Origin: Geosiphon pyriformis uo1
Taxonomy: Eukaryota > Fungi > Glomeromycota
Direction of reading: 5' to 3'
DNA: 64,000 nucleotides
NCBI GenBank assembly: GCA_016748015.1
Contig: JAAOMT010000441.1
Span: forward strand, 449,128-513,127
A program made the translations under genes and the position numbers. Below, in pieces: positions 62,413 to 64,000 of this stretch; positions within the stretch are counted from its first letter, which is position 1, and every line of letters begins with the position of its first letter. The notes beneath the pieces were generated by a model. It saw only the letters and a program-made list of their open reading frames with translations. It did no database searches and was not told the origin of the DNA.

Positions 62413-64000
62413 TACAATTTTTTCTTAATATAAAATATTTAAATTAAAATTGTAAATAGTATATTATTATTAATTTTTTATAAAATATTTTATTTATAAT
62501 TTTTACAATTTTTGTTAATATACATAATTACTTATTATATTTTAATATTTAATATTATATTTTAATATATTAAAATATTAAAAATAAAATTTTTTTAATT
62601 AACATTCAAAAAAATTATTAAAAGCAAAATTTTTAATTAAATTTATTTTTAATTATAATTTTTTAAACATAATACAAAAATTCAAAATTTATATTAATAA
62701 AAAGCTAAATATATTGTACTTGGTAATAATATTTTTTAACTATAAATTATATAATTACTAATGAATTGTTAAGTTCAAACTAAATAATAAAAACTAATTT
62801 ATCTGCTTATTTTAAATATTATTAGTACAAATTGTTTTTTAGTTAAAATATTATAATATTGTTTTAAATAATAATATTATAAAAACCAATTTGTATTAAA
62901 TATTATTTTTGTTTTTTTTTGTTACATAAGTTTTTGTATTAAACAAAACAATTAAGTTATATAAATAAATTTTAAAATATACAAAAAAAACAATAATAAT
63001 AAAAACATATATTTAATTTATTATATTTTTTATATTAGTAAAAATATATTAAAAAATTTTAAATTTAAGTTCTATAATTAATATAATAGTTTTATTTATG
63101 ACTTTTTTATATGTTATAACAACTTATATAAAAAAATTTTTATAAATAATGATTTTAGTTTATTAAAAATACTTAAATATTAAAAATTATTTAATTAGAG
63201 TCTTTTAATTAATAAGTATAAATTCATATCTATTATTTTTATATTTTAACTATATTATTAAATATATATTAATAGCAAATAGTAATTTGTGTAATTTTGT
63301 TAATATATTAGATTTAAAACTTTAAAATAAAACTTAATAAAATAATTTTTTTGAATATTAAACTAAGTTTTACTTTTTAAAAATAATATTAATTAATTAT
63401 AATATTTTTTTAAAATCAATAAACAAATAATTAAATATTTTATTTTCTATATATTGTTTATAATATAATTAGAAATAGCACATTATTTATATTTTGTTTT
63501 AAAATAAATAAATACTGTAAATAATTATGTCAAAATAAATAAAATTTAATATAAATATTTAAATAAATCTAATATTTTATTATCTTTAAAATTTTAATAT
63601 TAACATAATATATAAATTTATTAAAAATTTATATAACATTAAACAAATTTTTTTGAAATTAATAATCATTAAAATAGCAAAAAAAAAATTAAAAAATCTT
63701 AAAAAATTAAAAATATATAATTTAAAAATACATATCTGTATTTCATAATAGTAGTTAATTTTATTTTTTATTTTTATTTATATATGTTTAATATATCTTA
63801 TAGTATTATTTATTATTATTATTTTAAAATAATAATGTACTTAAAAATTACAGAATTTTATATTTAATAATACTTATTTAATAATATAATAATAAGTAAA
63901 AAGACAATAATATAATTATAAATATTTGTTGTTTTATAAACTAAAAATTAACAAAAAATTATTTAAATAAAATATTAATATTAAATTTCTTAACTATACT

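Overview
AT-rich, intron-containing eukaryotic DNA. It is probably fungal and, by inference from gene structure and TE types, Mucoromycota/Glomeromycotina-like. Most of the window is nested, transition-eroded transposons, with two small gene islands. (1) Two near-complete copies of one unusual Ty3/Gypsy LTR retrotransposon (749-10954, 14702-24285) have ~980-1000 bp LTRs with 10-bp inverted termini and 4-bp TSDs. Their layout is: long gag-PR-(CxxC)n-dUTPase-RT-RNaseH ORF, stop, separately encoded +1-frame integrase, then an unknown 239-aa ORF3 in the env position ending inside the 3' LTR. Copy 1 interrupts a LINE ORF2. Copy 2 interrupts the tandem repeats of a Tc1/mariner-type DNA transposon. 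(2) A full-length LINE (45717-52605: ORF1, APE-RT-RNaseH-CCHC ORF2, poly(A), A7T7 TSD), plus truncated and decayed LINEs, a decayed second Ty3 gag and a decayed hAT element. (3) Four host genes: a mitochondrial LEA-like protein, a Tctex-1 dynein light chain, an ABC1/ADCK kinase and DBP5. TE copies are inactivated mainly by C>T/G>A changes in CpG and non-CpG contexts (RIP-like), while host genes keep their CpGs. All analysis is by eye; no database searches were run.
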